Positions 1 through 10,033 of a stretch of 64,000 nt of DNA are shown one piece after another; position 1 is the first letter of the stretch, and each line of letters opens with the position of its first letter. Below the pieces are notes generated by a model, which was given only the letters and a program-made list of their open reading frames with translations, did no database searches and was not told the DNA's origin. Location: positions 736,001 to 800,000 of the forward strand of contig CAVPBK010000006.1 in assembly GCA_963701855.1 (NCBI GenBank), written 5' to 3'. The stretch comes from Nitrospirota bacterium (GTDB taxonomy: Bacteria; Nitrospirota; Nitrospiria; Nitrospirales; Nitrospiraceae). The translations under genes and the position numbers were made by a program.

Positions 1-355
1 CGGGATACAGATCGCGGTTGAACATCCCTGGGGCAAGCGAACGAGGCTCTTTACAGACATTTAGTTGGACTTGATCATGAAAAGTGCCGTCACCGTTGCC
101 TAGGAGAATCGAAAGAGTATTGCTGCCGATATTGGTTGTGATCAGATCGGTAAAACCATCTTGATTGACATCAGTGGGGGTGACAGTCGTCGGGTTCTTA
201 CCGACTTTGTAACTGGCAAAATAGTAGAAGAGGTCTGGTGGGGCGTAGGGATCTTGCTTGGTACAGCCGCTTGCCATAAGCAGGAAGACACTTGTCGCCA
301 CGACCACAAGGTTCCTGGCCCTATGCCTGTTGTGGCCTTCAGCGCTTATGCTCAC
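1..355 (-). CDS. FG-GAP/VCBS-repeat lipoprotein, N-terminal part (runs off window)
   Basis: Translated by hand from GTG at 355 after GAGGAGG: lipobox-like MASGC, then DVNQDGFTDLITTN and SILLGNGDGTF (FG-GAP motif). Confidence 0.8.
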   Translation of the reverse strand, partial: MSISAEGHNRHRARNLVVVATSVFLLMASGCTKQDPYAPPDLFYYFASYKVGKNPTTVTPTDVNQDGFTDLITTNIGSNTLSILLGNGDGTFHDQVQLNVCKEPRSLAPGMFNRDLYP

Positions 356-603
356 GCACTCCTCCTCACGTGAGGGACCAGAGACGTGGTGATTCATCCG
401 TATGCGCACACGCCCCTCAACCAGGCCTTCCCGCCAAAATGAGCGTGGCCAGTATACAGACCACTGCTTTCTCCTGGCAATCGATCCAGTTGCGCAACAA
501 TCCCCGCCAAACGCGGTTTCCCAAAATCTAAGCCCATTCAGCGAAGGCTTTGAAAACGGGACAGGGTTTGAGGTACACTGCCAGTCTTGGTAAGGAGGAC
601 TCC

Positions 604-924
604 ATGAGCAAGATGATGAAGATTGAGTTGTCGATGTACGGAATCGCCGAGATACTACATTGGTGTCACGACCGCAATAAAGGCCGCGTTCCCGGGGTGG
701 ATACGGCAGGCTTCGATACAATGAAGGCGCTCTTGGCTGAGAAGCCGCAGTCAGGTGATTATTTTACCCTCGATCAGTTTTGGAAGAAGCGGGTAACCTT
801 GGACCTGACCGAAGATGAAGTGGCAACGATTGATCGCTGTCTCTACGATATCCCAAATTTCGATAGCGAGCCTCTCCCGCAAATCCGGCATAAGTTTTGG
901 CCGCAACAGACGGCTGCCCACTGA
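604..924 (+). CDS. hypothetical protein (106 aa)
   Basis: AAGGAGG RBS before ATG 604; protein-like composition. Confidence 0.7.
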   Translation: MSKMMKIELSMYGIAEILHWCHDRNKGRVPGVDTAGFDTMKALLAEKPQSGDYFTLDQFWKKRVTLDLTEDEVATIDRCLYDIPNFDSEPLPQIRHKFWPQQTAAH

Positions 925-1144
925 ACACAGGGGCCGCCCTCAAGTGGCCCCTGCTCTGCCTCATACCGACTCGTCCGGCCTGCTCTGGGCCTAGACAGGG
1001 TCGAGAGCAGCGTGAGGAACTCGTTGCGTTTTTGTGCAAGCTCGCAAGGAGAACTATCTGGCGGAATCAGCAGCCTTCCGACTACGGAAAAACTGTTTCG
1101 GCGCAACAAAACTTCGATGGTCCACACATCTGAGACAAGCTCGG

Positions 1145-1257
1145 TCTGGATGGTCCATCTGGTGTTTTGTTCATCTAGCTGGTCTTGTATAACCAAACAA
1201 ACGAGACAAACCAAATAACCGTCTTCTTCTGCTGTCGAACTGTTTCAGCATCCTGCT
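1145..1257 (-). repeat. MITE-like repeat with AACCAGA-type short tandem units (family D)
   Basis: Reverse complement gcaggatgctgaaacagttcgac...ggttatttggtttgtc matches 28783-28835. Confidence 0.65.
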
Positions 1258-2266
1258 AGAGCGTCCCTTCTCCTTTAAGATAGCGGCGAAAGCGGTCCAT
1301 CAAGTCTGTGCCCAATGTCCCACCTTCCGGTTTCTTGAGATCCGGATCAGCAAAATGCCCGCGAATTTCCTGGAGGCGTTTTTCCGCCTGCTCATTTCCC
1401 TGCAACCGCTTAGTCTTCTCCAGCGCCGTATCGAACGCTTCAAACGTCAGCTCGTTGTACCCAAACGAGCGAATCCGTTTAACGGCTTTCATCATGGCCT
1501 GATTTCGGAAAGTCGTCAGGTGTTCCGAATCGATCTCTGCGAGCCCGAGCTTCCGCGCCCTGCGCTCAGCGGCCTTACGGATTCCGCTACGCACAAAATC
1601 TGGGGACGTTTGCAGCCGTTTCCATGCTTCATCGGTCCACACAACTCGTTCCTGGGGTGCATCCCACAATTGAAGCAGTGTCGACTCGTCGATCCGCGTC
1701 ACACCTCTCTCTCTCGCTAAATCTTCGGTGTCTCGCCTCAACATGTCGGTCACGAATTCTACGGCGATCGGCGGTGACTGTTTTAATTTCTCGTGAAGGT
1801 GGGCCAACGCCCCCTCGCTCCACTTCAACGGAGGGCCTGAGGCCTCGCGGAGATCGCCCAGTGCCTCCACCTTTTCGAAGAGTTCGACATTCACCTCGAG
1901 ATGGCCCCGCTCCCTGGCGATCTCTTCGGCAATCTGCTTGATCATGTGGCGCATGAATTCCGGAACTGTGTTCAGGCGTTCCTTGGCAGAGGCAGTCCAG
2001 GGGAGATGGCCTTGCGCTATTTGCTCCGCCGCATCGGCCATGCCGGATTCGCCCCCCATACCACCCATCATTTGATTCTTGAATTGATCCAGAAGGTCCC
2101 CCGTAATCTCCGCGCAGCCAAGTTCCCGAGCTTTTTTCTCAGCCAAACGGCGAACCATGCCGCGTAGAAATAGCGGTGCCCGCTCTAAACGTTTGGAGGC
2201 CTCGTCCGTCCAACGGACATCTATCCCGACCGCCTCGTGAGAGTCTGGTGCATTCATGATAAACAC
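1256..2266 (-). CDS. protein with four tandem PCP_red (protochlorophyllide reductase C-terminal-like) domains
   Basis: Four W(T/S)xxAxxxLxxxPxxxx units: WTDEASKRLERAPLFLR, WTASAKERLNTVPEFMR, WSEGALAHL, WTDEAWKRLQTSPDFVR. Confidence 0.8.
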   Translation of the reverse strand: MFIMNAPDSHEAVGIDVRWTDEASKRLERAPLFLRGMVRRLAEKKARELGCAEITGDLLDQFKNQMMGGMGGESGMADAAEQIAQGHLPWTASAKERLNTVPEFMRHMIKQIAEEIARERGHLEVNVELFEKVEALGDLREASGPPLKWSEGALAHLHEKLKQSPPIAVEFVTDMLRRDTEDLARERGVTRIDESTLLQLWDAPQERVVWTDEAWKRLQTSPDFVRSGIRKAAERRARKLGLAEIDSEHLTTFRNQAMMKAVKRIRSFGYNELTFEAFDTALEKTKRLQGNEQAEKRLQEIRGHFADPDLKKPEGGTLGTDLMDRFRRYLKGEGTL

Positions 2267-2270
2267 CCTG

Positions 2271-2552
2271 TTATGACTGGTTCAGGAGTTCCTTCAATTC
2301 CTTGCCGGCTTTGAAAAACGGGACCTTCTTGGCAGGGACCTCCACGGTCGCGCCGGTCTTGGGGTTCCGCCCTTCTTTCATCCGACGTGCCCGCAGCCGA
2401 AAACTGCCGAATCCTCGGATCTCCGTCTTATCGCCATTTTTCAATGAATCGCGCACACAGTCGAAAATCGTATTGACGACGACTTCCGCCTGCCGCTTGG
2501 TCAAGGTTGTGACCTGTTCGGATACACGCTCGATAATTTGTGCCTTCGTCAT
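2271..2552 (-). CDS. ihfB: integration host factor beta subunit
   Basis: IRGFGSF...GRNPKTG...PFFKAGKEL; follows rpsA-sppA. Confidence 0.85.
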   Translation of the reverse strand: MTKAQIIERVSEQVTTLTKRQAEVVVNTIFDCVRDSLKNGDKTEIRGFGSFRLRARRMKEGRNPKTGATVEVPAKKVPFFKAGKELKELLNQS

Positions 2553-2605
2553 ATTGGGCTCCCCTTTCGTGATGATGAATCGATCTCTGGGCCGATCTAA
2601 CCGTG

Positions 2606-3502
2606 CTAGTACGCCATGAGATACTTGAGTCCAACCCCGGAGTGGAAATCCAACTTGGGGAAGAGCCCCGATATTCGCGATTCAATCAATTCTCTGATCG
2701 AAAACCGTCGGCGAGGCTCAATGACTTTCGGCTCGCCCTCGATGCCTGCCACATCCGCGGCAAGCTGAATGGCAGCTTCGAGATCGCCGAGTTCATCTAC
2801 AAGCTTTGATGCTTTGGCTTGACGGCCCGTGAAGATTCGACCGTCCGCCAAGGCCTGCACAGCCGCCACGTCGAGCCCGCGCCCTTCCGCCACAGCCTCG
2901 ATAAATTGTTGATGGACATCGTCCATAACGGATTGGAGCAACGCCTGTTCTTCATCGCTCATCTTCCGTAGAGGCGATCCCACATCTTTAAATCGTCCAC
3001 TTTTGATCACGACACCTTCGACCCCGATCTTCTTGAGCAGCCCTTCGACATTAGCCATCTCCATGATGACCCCAATGCTCCCCGTCAACGTCCCTGAATT
3101 GGCCATGATCCGATCGGTCGCCACCGCAATATAGTAACCTCCTGATGCTGCCACCGTGCCCATCGAAGCAATCACCGTCTTGTTGCTCTTGTTACGAATC
3201 CGCTGGACCGCATCATGGATTTCTTGCGACGGCACAACCCCACCGCCAGGGCTGTCGATTCGCAGCACGATCGCTTTCACGGAGGGGTTGTCGGCAAAAC
3301 GCTTCAATTCGACGATCGTGGATTGCGCATCTACAATGACCCCTTCAATACGAATTAATCCAACCCGATCCTCCATCGAAAAGTCGAAGTCGGGGAAAAA
3401 CAGGTTCATCAGAAAGAGCAGACCCAGTCCGATGCCGAGCGCCCAGAGCGCTCGGCGCACTATTCCTCGCTTGGCCGGCCTTTCTGCTATTTCATCACTC
3501 AT
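2606..3502 (-). CDS. sppA: signal peptide peptidase SppA (S49)
   Basis: LRIDSPGG, ASGGYY and TGSIGV motifs; N-terminal TM helix. Confidence 0.95.
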   Translation of the reverse strand: MSDEIAERPAKRGIVRRALWALGIGLGLLFLMNLFFPDFDFSMEDRVGLIRIEGVIVDAQSTIVELKRFADNPSVKAIVLRIDSPGGGVVPSQEIHDAVQRIRNKSNKTVIASMGTVAASGGYYIAVATDRIMANSGTLTGSIGVIMEMANVEGLLKKIGVEGVVIKSGRFKDVGSPLRKMSDEEQALLQSVMDDVHQQFIEAVAEGRGLDVAAVQALADGRIFTGRQAKASKLVDELGDLEAAIQLAADVAGIEGEPKVIEPRRRFSIRELIESRISGLFPKLDFHSGVGLKYLMAY

Positions 3503-3572
3503 CGTTCTGTTCGCTCACAGCACCGGAGGACACGAAGACCTCCCGATTCACACTGAAATCTGCGCATCAGAC

Positions 3573-5288
3573 CTACTTATCGTCCTCGGCTTGCTCTCGC
3601 TTCCGGTTCTGCTTCGCCGCACGGCCCAAGCTTTGGTCCAGTGCGCCTTGCGTGGCATGGTATTCATCGACCGTTCGGCGATCGGAATCCATTTGATGGT
3701 CGCGCAGACTGAGCGCGATCTTCCGTTCTTCACGATCGACCTTGATGATCTTAGCCGTCACTTCATCCTGCAGCTTGAATTTCTCTTCGAGCTTGGCCTG
3801 CGGGTCGAGCCCAGCCTCGCTGATGTGAATCAACCCTTCAACTCCTCCGTCCAATTCGACAAAGATGCCGAAGTCGGCGACCTTGCTGACCTTCCCGACC
3901 GCCACATCCCCGACTGCGTACCGGCTTGGAATCTCGTCGTCCCAGGGATCGCTCTTGAGCTGCTTATACCCGAGTGACAACCGCTCCTTTTCCTTGTCGA
4001 TCCGCAAGACCACGGCCTCGACCTTCTGTCCCTTCTTGAAAAGCTCAGAGGGATGCTTGATATGTTTCGTCCAAGACATATCAGAAATATGGATCAATCC
4101 ATCAATGCCCTCTTCGAGTCCAATGAACGCGCCAAAGTCGGTGAGACTCTTCACCTTCCCTTCGATGCGTGTGCCGATAGCGTACTTCCCTTCCACCATA
4201 TCCCAAGGGTTCGGCGCAGTCTGCTTCATGCCGAGCGAAATCTTCCTGCTGGCCGGATCCACATTCAACACCGCCGCTTCAACCTGATCCCCGATGGACA
4301 CGACGCGTGATGGATGCCGCACCTCGTGCGTCCATGACATCACGGAGACATGCACCAGTCCCTCGACGCCAGGCTCGAGCTCGATGAACGCCCCGTAGTC
4401 GGTCAAGCTCACGACACGGCCCCGGACGCGGGTACCGATCGCGTACTTACTAGCCACGCCGGACCAGGGATCGGCGCTTTTCTGTTTCAAGCCGAGTGAA
4501 ATGCGCCCAGTCTCTCGATCGTACTTGAGGACACTCACCTCCACCTTGTCTCCGATGTTGAACATTTCAGACGGATGGCCGACACGCCCCCAGGACATGT
4601 CCGTGATGTGGAGCAGCCCGTCGATGCCACCGAGATCGATGAATGCCCCGTAATCCGTGATGTTCTTCACTACACCTTGAATCAATTGCCCTTCTTTCAG
4701 TGTGGAAAGAGTCGTCTTCCGTTTCGAATCCCTCGTCTCTTCCAAGAGCACACGCCTGGATACAACAACGTTGCCGCGCCGATGATTGATCTTGATAATC
4801 TTGAGAGGAAATGTGCGTCCAACCAACCCGTCAAGATCCCGCACCGGATGAAGGTCGATCTGCGAGCCCGGCAGAAACGCTTTCACGCCGATATCGACCA
4901 TCATGCCGCCCTTGATCCGCGCCACAATCTTGCCGTCGATGCTTTTGCCGTCATTGAAGAGCTTTTCCAGCTCTTCCCAAATCTTCATCTTGTCGGCTTT
5001 TTCTTTGGAGAGAACCAGATTGCCGTCGTCGTCTTCGCACTCCTCGATGTAGACTTGAATCCGATCGCCCACCTTGATGTTCTGCAGTTCCTCTGTGGAG
5101 AACTGATCGTTCGGAATCATCCCTTCGGACTTGTAGCCGATATCCACAACCACTTTGTCTTTGGTCACAGCGACAATCCGGCCCTCCGTAATGGTGCCCT
5201 CTTCGAGGTTTTTGAATGTCTCCTCGTATAAGGCCGCTAAAGCCGTTCGGTCTAACTGTTGGTCACTTGATGGCGAAACCGTACTCAT
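3573..5288 (-). CDS. rpsA: 30S ribosomal protein S1
   Basis: Six S1 repeats (e.g. DYGAFIDLGGIDGLLHITDMSW). Confidence 0.98.
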   Translation of the reverse strand: MSTVSPSSDQQLDRTALAALYEETFKNLEEGTITEGRIVAVTKDKVVVDIGYKSEGMIPNDQFSTEELQNIKVGDRIQVYIEECEDDDGNLVLSKEKADKMKIWEELEKLFNDGKSIDGKIVARIKGGMMVDIGVKAFLPGSQIDLHPVRDLDGLVGRTFPLKIIKINHRRGNVVVSRRVLLEETRDSKRKTTLSTLKEGQLIQGVVKNITDYGAFIDLGGIDGLLHITDMSWGRVGHPSEMFNIGDKVEVSVLKYDRETGRISLGLKQKSADPWSGVASKYAIGTRVRGRVVSLTDYGAFIELEPGVEGLVHVSVMSWTHEVRHPSRVVSIGDQVEAAVLNVDPASRKISLGMKQTAPNPWDMVEGKYAIGTRIEGKVKSLTDFGAFIGLEEGIDGLIHISDMSWTKHIKHPSELFKKGQKVEAVVLRIDKEKERLSLGYKQLKSDPWDDEIPSRYAVGDVAVGKVSKVADFGIFVELDGGVEGLIHISEAGLDPQAKLEEKFKLQDEVTAKIIKVDREERKIALSLRDHQMDSDRRTVDEYHATQGALDQSLGRAAKQNRKREQAEDDK

Positions 5289-5344
5289 AGTATGAATCCT
5301 ACTCTTCCGACTGGAGTCGGGTGCTGATGGTTATACACCGACAT

Positions 5345-6001
5345 TCACTCAGCGTTGCGAATGCCGGCACTGGACTGCTGGGTCGGAGACTCCACTACAC
5401 CTAGTGCAGCGATATGATCCATCACGCTGCAGCTCACCTCCTGATAATATTGCTTGGCATCTCCGCTCTCCCCACTCCAGGGAAACGTGAGCGCCTCTCC
5501 ATAGTAAACGGTCACGGGACGGAAGCGCGGCCATATGGTTCCAGACGGCAACACGTCATGCGTCCCTTTCAAATAGACTGGCACTACGGGACAGCCGGTT
5601 TGTGCCACAATCACACCAATCCCTGGTTTGGGGGACTGCAGCCGGCCGTCCAAACTGCGGCGGCCCTCCGGAAAGATCACCACAACCTTTCCTTCCTTGA
5701 TCAGAGCAACAGCCTTACTAAATGCGTCCCGGTCCAACCGACCGATCCGCAAGGGGATCCATCCCAACCATTGACAGATCGCCTTAAGACCCGGAACCGG
5801 AAAGAGATCGCTGCGCCCCAAAAACCAAGCCCGTCGCCGCATCCCACACCCCAGGAGGGGAATATCCAGATAACTGGCATGGTTCGCCGCAACAATGAAT
5901 CCACCGGTCTGCGGAACTGCCCCAACGACCCGATAGTGAAAACAGAGCCGTCCAATGGTCCGGGCAAGAATCCACAGTATACCGTAGAAAACCGAACTCA
6001 C
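5345..6001 (-). CDS. plsC: 1-acyl-sn-glycerol-3-phosphate acyltransferase
   Basis: NHASYLD and FPEGRRS motifs. Confidence 0.9.
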   Translation of the reverse strand: MSSVFYGILWILARTIGRLCFHYRVVGAVPQTGGFIVAANHASYLDIPLLGCGMRRRAWFLGRSDLFPVPGLKAICQWLGWIPLRIGRLDRDAFSKAVALIKEGKVVVIFPEGRRSLDGRLQSPKPGIGVIVAQTGCPVVPVYLKGTHDVLPSGTIWPRFRPVTVYYGEALTFPWSGESGDAKQYYQEVSCSVMDHIAALGVVESPTQQSSAGIRNAE

Positions 6002-6693
6002 AATTTGGCCGCAACCGCAGCCATCATCAGGTCCACCACCTCCGCGATGGACAACGTTGAGGTATCAATGAACTGGGCATCTTCAGCGGGTACCAGCGGG
6101 GCGATCGAACGAGAACGATCTCGCATATCGCGTCCTGCCAGGTCAGTTGTCGTCTCTTCAAGCACTCCTGAATGTCCCGCCGCAACAAGTTCACGATGTC
6201 GGCGTTGCGCCCTGACCGTCGAGTCTGCTTCGAGAAAAAATTTCACGTCTGCCGAAGGGAATACCTTCGTTCCCATATCCCGCCCCTCAGCCACCACCGC
6301 TCCACCTTGTCCGACTTGCCGTTGGATAGGCAGCAACCAGGCCCGGACTGCTGGAATTGCGGAGACCACCGAGGCCGCAGACGAAACTGTAGGCGTCCGG
6401 AGTTCGCCGCTCACGTCTTTGCCATTGACGATCACTCTCGCAGCCCCGTGATGGAATTGCATCTGAAGCGTGAGGGTGGGCAACAGCACGGTAACCGCCT
6501 CGGCATCTGCCGGATCCAGGCCAGACTCAATGACTGCCCAAGCCGTCGCACGATAGAGTGCTCCTGTGTCGAGATACAGATAGCCCAATCGAGAGGCCAA
6601 TAACTTCGCCACTGTGCTTTTGCCGACACCAGCTGGACCATCGATCGCAACAATCAGCCGGCTTGCTTGCTTTTCTTTCGCAACAGATCCCAC
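5998..6693 (-). CDS. cmk: cytidylate kinase
   Basis: IDGPAGVGKST, DTGALYR, EGRDMGT. Confidence 0.97.
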   Translation of the reverse strand: MGSVAKEKQASRLIVAIDGPAGVGKSTVAKLLASRLGYLYLDTGALYRATAWAVIESGLDPADAEAVTVLLPTLTLQMQFHHGAARVIVNGKDVSGELRTPTVSSAASVVSAIPAVRAWLLPIQRQVGQGGAVVAEGRDMGTKVFPSADVKFFLEADSTVRAQRRHRELVAAGHSGVLEETTTDLAGRDMRDRSRSIAPLVPAEDAQFIDTSTLSIAEVVDLMMAAVAAKL

Positions 6694-6716
6694 GTCGTGG
6701 CCTCACGTAATAGCTG

Positions 6717-8039
6717 TCACCGGCGCTCGCCCAATAATTCCAAGAGTGTGCGATGAAAGTCCGGGAATGATGTCTCAATACAAGCCGACTCGTCAATCAC
6801 AGTTGGAGCCGGAGCGGTCAAGCCCGCGATGGCCAAAGACATCGCCACCCGATGATCTCCATGGCTGCGGCCATGGGCAGCCTGCAATCGACCGTTGTCT
6901 TCTGCTGTGCCAAGTCCCCGCACAACCATCCCGTCAGGCTTCTCAGTGATCTGAGCACCCATCGCGCGCAACTCTGCCGACACCGTCGCAATTCGATCGC
7001 TCTCTTTGACCCGCAATTCTTCGGCCCCGGAGATAATCGTCTCACCCTCTGCAACTGCAGCTGCGACGCATAGAACGGGAAATTCATCGATCGTCTGTGG
7101 GATTAAATCTGGTCCGATCGCCACTCCATGCAGCCTGGCCGACTTCACCCGGATATCCGCAACCGGCTCTCCCGCTTCTTCCCGCCGATTGAGCAATTGA
7201 ATATTTGCGCCCATCCTCATCATCACGTCCAACAAACCTATCCTCGTAGGGTTGATCCCTACTTGTCGAATTGTCACATCCGAACCAGGGACAATGGTCG
7301 CCCCCACAATGAAAAATGCAGCAGCCGAGAGGTCGCCAGGAACAACCAATCGAGACGCCGCATTCCACCCGACCGAGGGTCGTCCATCGATCAGCAGGGT
7401 GGTCCCTTCCCGTCGAAACGCAATATTAAAAAACAGGAATAACCGTTCCGTGTGGTCCCGTGAAAGACGCGGCTCTGTGATGCGGGTCGTCCCTTCAGCA
7501 AACAAGGCTGCGAGCAACAACGCCGACTTGATTTGCGCACTCGCCACCGGAGAGGTGTAGGTGATCGCGTGGAGGCGGCTACCCATCACGGCTAAGGGCG
7601 CAAGTTCACCGCCCTTGCGTCCGGCGATAGCCGCCCCCATTTCCCGCAACGGCTTGACGATCCGCCCCATGGGACGGCGACGAATCGATTCATCGCCGGT
7701 CAGTACCGTAAAAAAATCCTGTCCCGCCAGCAGGCCGGTCAGGAGACGAATACCCGTCCCGGAATTCCCGCAATCAATCGGTCCGCTCGGCTCGGTCAGC
7801 CCCCAAAGTCCCTTGCCATGCACACATAGCTCATCGACCGATTCATCGATGCGCACGCCGAGAGCCTTGAGCGCACGTACCGTATTCAGACAGTCTTCTC
7901 CCCGGCAATAGCTCGCAACCCTGCTGACCCCGTTCGCCAAGGCTGTCAGAATGATGGCGCGATGGGTGATCGACTTATCGCCAGGGACGGAAATCGTTCC
8001 CTGTAACGGACGGCCTGGTGTGATAGTCAAAGACGCCAT
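6717..8039 (-). CDS. aroA: 3-phosphoshikimate 1-carboxyvinyltransferase
   Basis: PGDKSITHR, GNSGT, RVKESDR, DHRVAM; start taken as ATG 8039. Confidence 0.97.
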   Translation of the reverse strand: MASLTITPGRPLQGTISVPGDKSITHRAIILTALANGVSRVASYCRGEDCLNTVRALKALGVRIDESVDELCVHGKGLWGLTEPSGPIDCGNSGTGIRLLTGLLAGQDFFTVLTGDESIRRRPMGRIVKPLREMGAAIAGRKGGELAPLAVMGSRLHAITYTSPVASAQIKSALLLAALFAEGTTRITEPRLSRDHTERLFLFFNIAFRREGTTLLIDGRPSVGWNAASRLVVPGDLSAAAFFIVGATIVPGSDVTIRQVGINPTRIGLLDVMMRMGANIQLLNRREEAGEPVADIRVKSARLHGVAIGPDLIPQTIDEFPVLCVAAAVAEGETIISGAEELRVKESDRIATVSAELRAMGAQITEKPDGMVVRGLGTAEDNGRLQAAHGRSHGDHRVAMSLAIAGLTAPAPTVIDESACIETSFPDFHRTLLELLGERR

Positions 8040-8046
8040 ACGTGTG

Positions 8047-8937
8047 CTACGTAGACACCGCTGATTGCGTGGAGAGCTTCTCTCGTTCCTGCCTTGCTCG
8101 TTCGAGTTCCTTCTCGATGCCTGCGGCATCGCCCACTCGAATGAGCTGCTTCAGTTGGCTCAGCGAACGCTCATAAGTCTCAATGAACGTGACCACATTG
8201 TCGCGGTTCCAGAGAAAAATATCGCGCCACATTTCAGATGAACTGGCCGCAATCCTGGTCGTATCCCGCAACCCGCCACCCGAGTGGCTTGCCAGATCGA
8301 GGGAGGGAATCTGTTGACTGCGTATCTCAGTGAGAGCATTCATCAAAGCAAAGGCTGCCACATGAGGCAAATGGCTCACCGCCCCAAGAATCTTGTCATG
8401 CAGATGGGCATCCATCGTGAGCACCACCGAACCGGTTTCTTCCCACATCGTTCGGATCTGCTCAAGTGACTGTAGGTCCGTCGTTTTTGTTGGAGTGATG
8501 ATGCAGCGCGCCCCCATAAAAAGCTGATCCGATCCGGCAGCCACACCAGTCTTTTCCTTGCCGGCGATGGGATGAGCCCCGACAAAATGAACACCGGCAG
8601 GCATGGCTCGTTCAGCCTGTTCCACCAGCAAACCCTTCACACTTCCGACATCGGTCACAATCGCGCCTTTTTTCAAGCAGGAGGCCCACTCCGTCAGATG
8701 CCGGTCATAGGTGTCGACGGGAGTGGCCAGCACGACCAAGTCGGCATCCCTCACTCCGTCTTTGGGATCCACAACATAGCGGTCAATCGCGCCCAGTTCG
8801 ACCGCAGTTTTCAAGTTTTCTACACGTCTCCCAACCCCGACGACCTTTGCCGCCAACCCCTTTCGGCGGAGAATCATGCCGAGCGAGCCGCCGATCAGCC
8901 CGACTCCAATAATCGTGACCTGGGTAAAATGCAGCAT
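8047..8937 (-). CDS. tyrA: prephenate/arogenate dehydrogenase
   Basis: GVGLIGGS, DVGSVK, HPIAG, VSHLPH, RIAAS. Confidence 0.95.
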   Translation of the reverse strand: MLHFTQVTIIGVGLIGGSLGMILRRKGLAAKVVGVGRRVENLKTAVELGAIDRYVVDPKDGVRDADLVVLATPVDTYDRHLTEWASCLKKGAIVTDVGSVKGLLVEQAERAMPAGVHFVGAHPIAGKEKTGVAAGSDQLFMGARCIITPTKTTDLQSLEQIRTMWEETGSVVLTMDAHLHDKILGAVSHLPHVAAFALMNALTEIRSQQIPSLDLASHSGGGLRDTTRIAASSSEMWRDIFLWNRDNVVTFIETYERSLSQLKQLIRVGDAAGIEKELERARQEREKLSTQSAVST

Positions 8938-9001
8938 CAGTCCTCAATCTGAACCGAAACCGTGTCTAAACAATGAGTCCGTAAACGCATGATCTCTTTG
9001 A

Positions 9002-10015
9002 TTACAGTTCTCGACCAACCGCCACCGCAATCTTTCGCATGTCCTGCATCAGTTCTTTGAATTGGCTCGGCTTAATGGATTCCTCACCGTCGCACAGCGC
9101 ACATTCAGGATTCGAGTGGACTTCGATCAAAAGACCATCCGCTCCTGCAGCCACTGCCGCTTTCGACATCGGCGCCACCAGATTCCACTTGCCTGTGGCA
9201 TGGCTAGGATCGACGATGACGGGCAAATGCGAAAGTTCTTTCAACGTCGGGACTGCAGCCAGATCGAGCGTATTGCGATATTGCGTTTCGAAGGTTCGGA
9301 TCCCCCGCTCGCACAACATGACGTTCTGATTCCCGCGGGACATGATGTATTCTGCCGACAAAAGGAATTCCTTGATCGTAGCCGAAAGTCCCCGCTTCAA
9401 CAACACCGGCTTGTCGTACGCCCCAACCTCCTTGAGGAGTTCAAAGTTCTGCATGTTGCGGGCGCCAATCTGGATGATGTCGGCTTTTTCAAGAAATAAT
9501 TCGATGTCACGGGTATCGAGTATTTCGCTGACCACCGGCAACCCGGTTTGTTTCTTCGCCGCAATCAGATAATCCAACCCTTCACGCCCCAACCCCTGAA
9601 AAGAATAGGGCGAGGTCCGTGGCTTGTAGGCGCCACCGCGCAAAATGCTCGCTCCAGCTGCCTTGACCTCATGGGCAATGCCGACCGTGATTTCAAGCCG
9701 CTCCACTGCGCAGGGTCCTGCCATGATGACCAGCTTGTTACCGCCGATTTTCACGCCGCCCACATCGATGGTCGTGCCTTCCCGCTTAAACTCCCGGCTG
9801 ACAAGCTTCCAGGGTGCGAGAATCGGCAACACGCTTTCAACGCCCGGCAAGGCCGTGAGCGGTTGATTGTGCAGAACCCGATCGTCGCCGATCACTCCAA
9901 TAATCGTCCGTTCCTGGCCGGTCGAGAGTTGTGATTTCAGTCCCAACTCGCGAAGCCGATCGATAATGTGGTCGACTTCCCGTTCGCTTGCCTCTGGTTT
10001 TAATACAATAATCAT
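9002..10015 (-). CDS. aroF: DAHP synthase type I-beta with N-terminal regulatory domain
   Basis: [25 protein letters not shown]. Confidence 0.95.
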   Translation of the reverse strand: MIIVLKPEASEREVDHIIDRLRELGLKSQLSTGQERTIIGVIGDDRVLHNQPLTALPGVESVLPILAPWKLVSREFKREGTTIDVGGVKIGGNKLVIMAGPCAVERLEITVGIAHEVKAAGASILRGGAYKPRTSPYSFQGLGREGLDYLIAAKKQTGLPVVSEILDTRDIELFLEKADIIQIGARNMQNFELLKEVGAYDKPVLLKRGLSATIKEFLLSAEYIMSRGNQNVMLCERGIRTFETQYRNTLDLAAVPTLKELSHLPVIVDPSHATGKWNLVAPMSKAAVAAGADGLLIEVHSNPECALCDGEESIKPSQFKELMQDMRKIAVAVGREL

Positions 10016-10033
10016 GTTGCCCTCACCATGCGC

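Noticed and set aside
5414..6451. 345-aa plus-strand ORF
   Set aside because: Antisense to plsC/cmk with no motifs.
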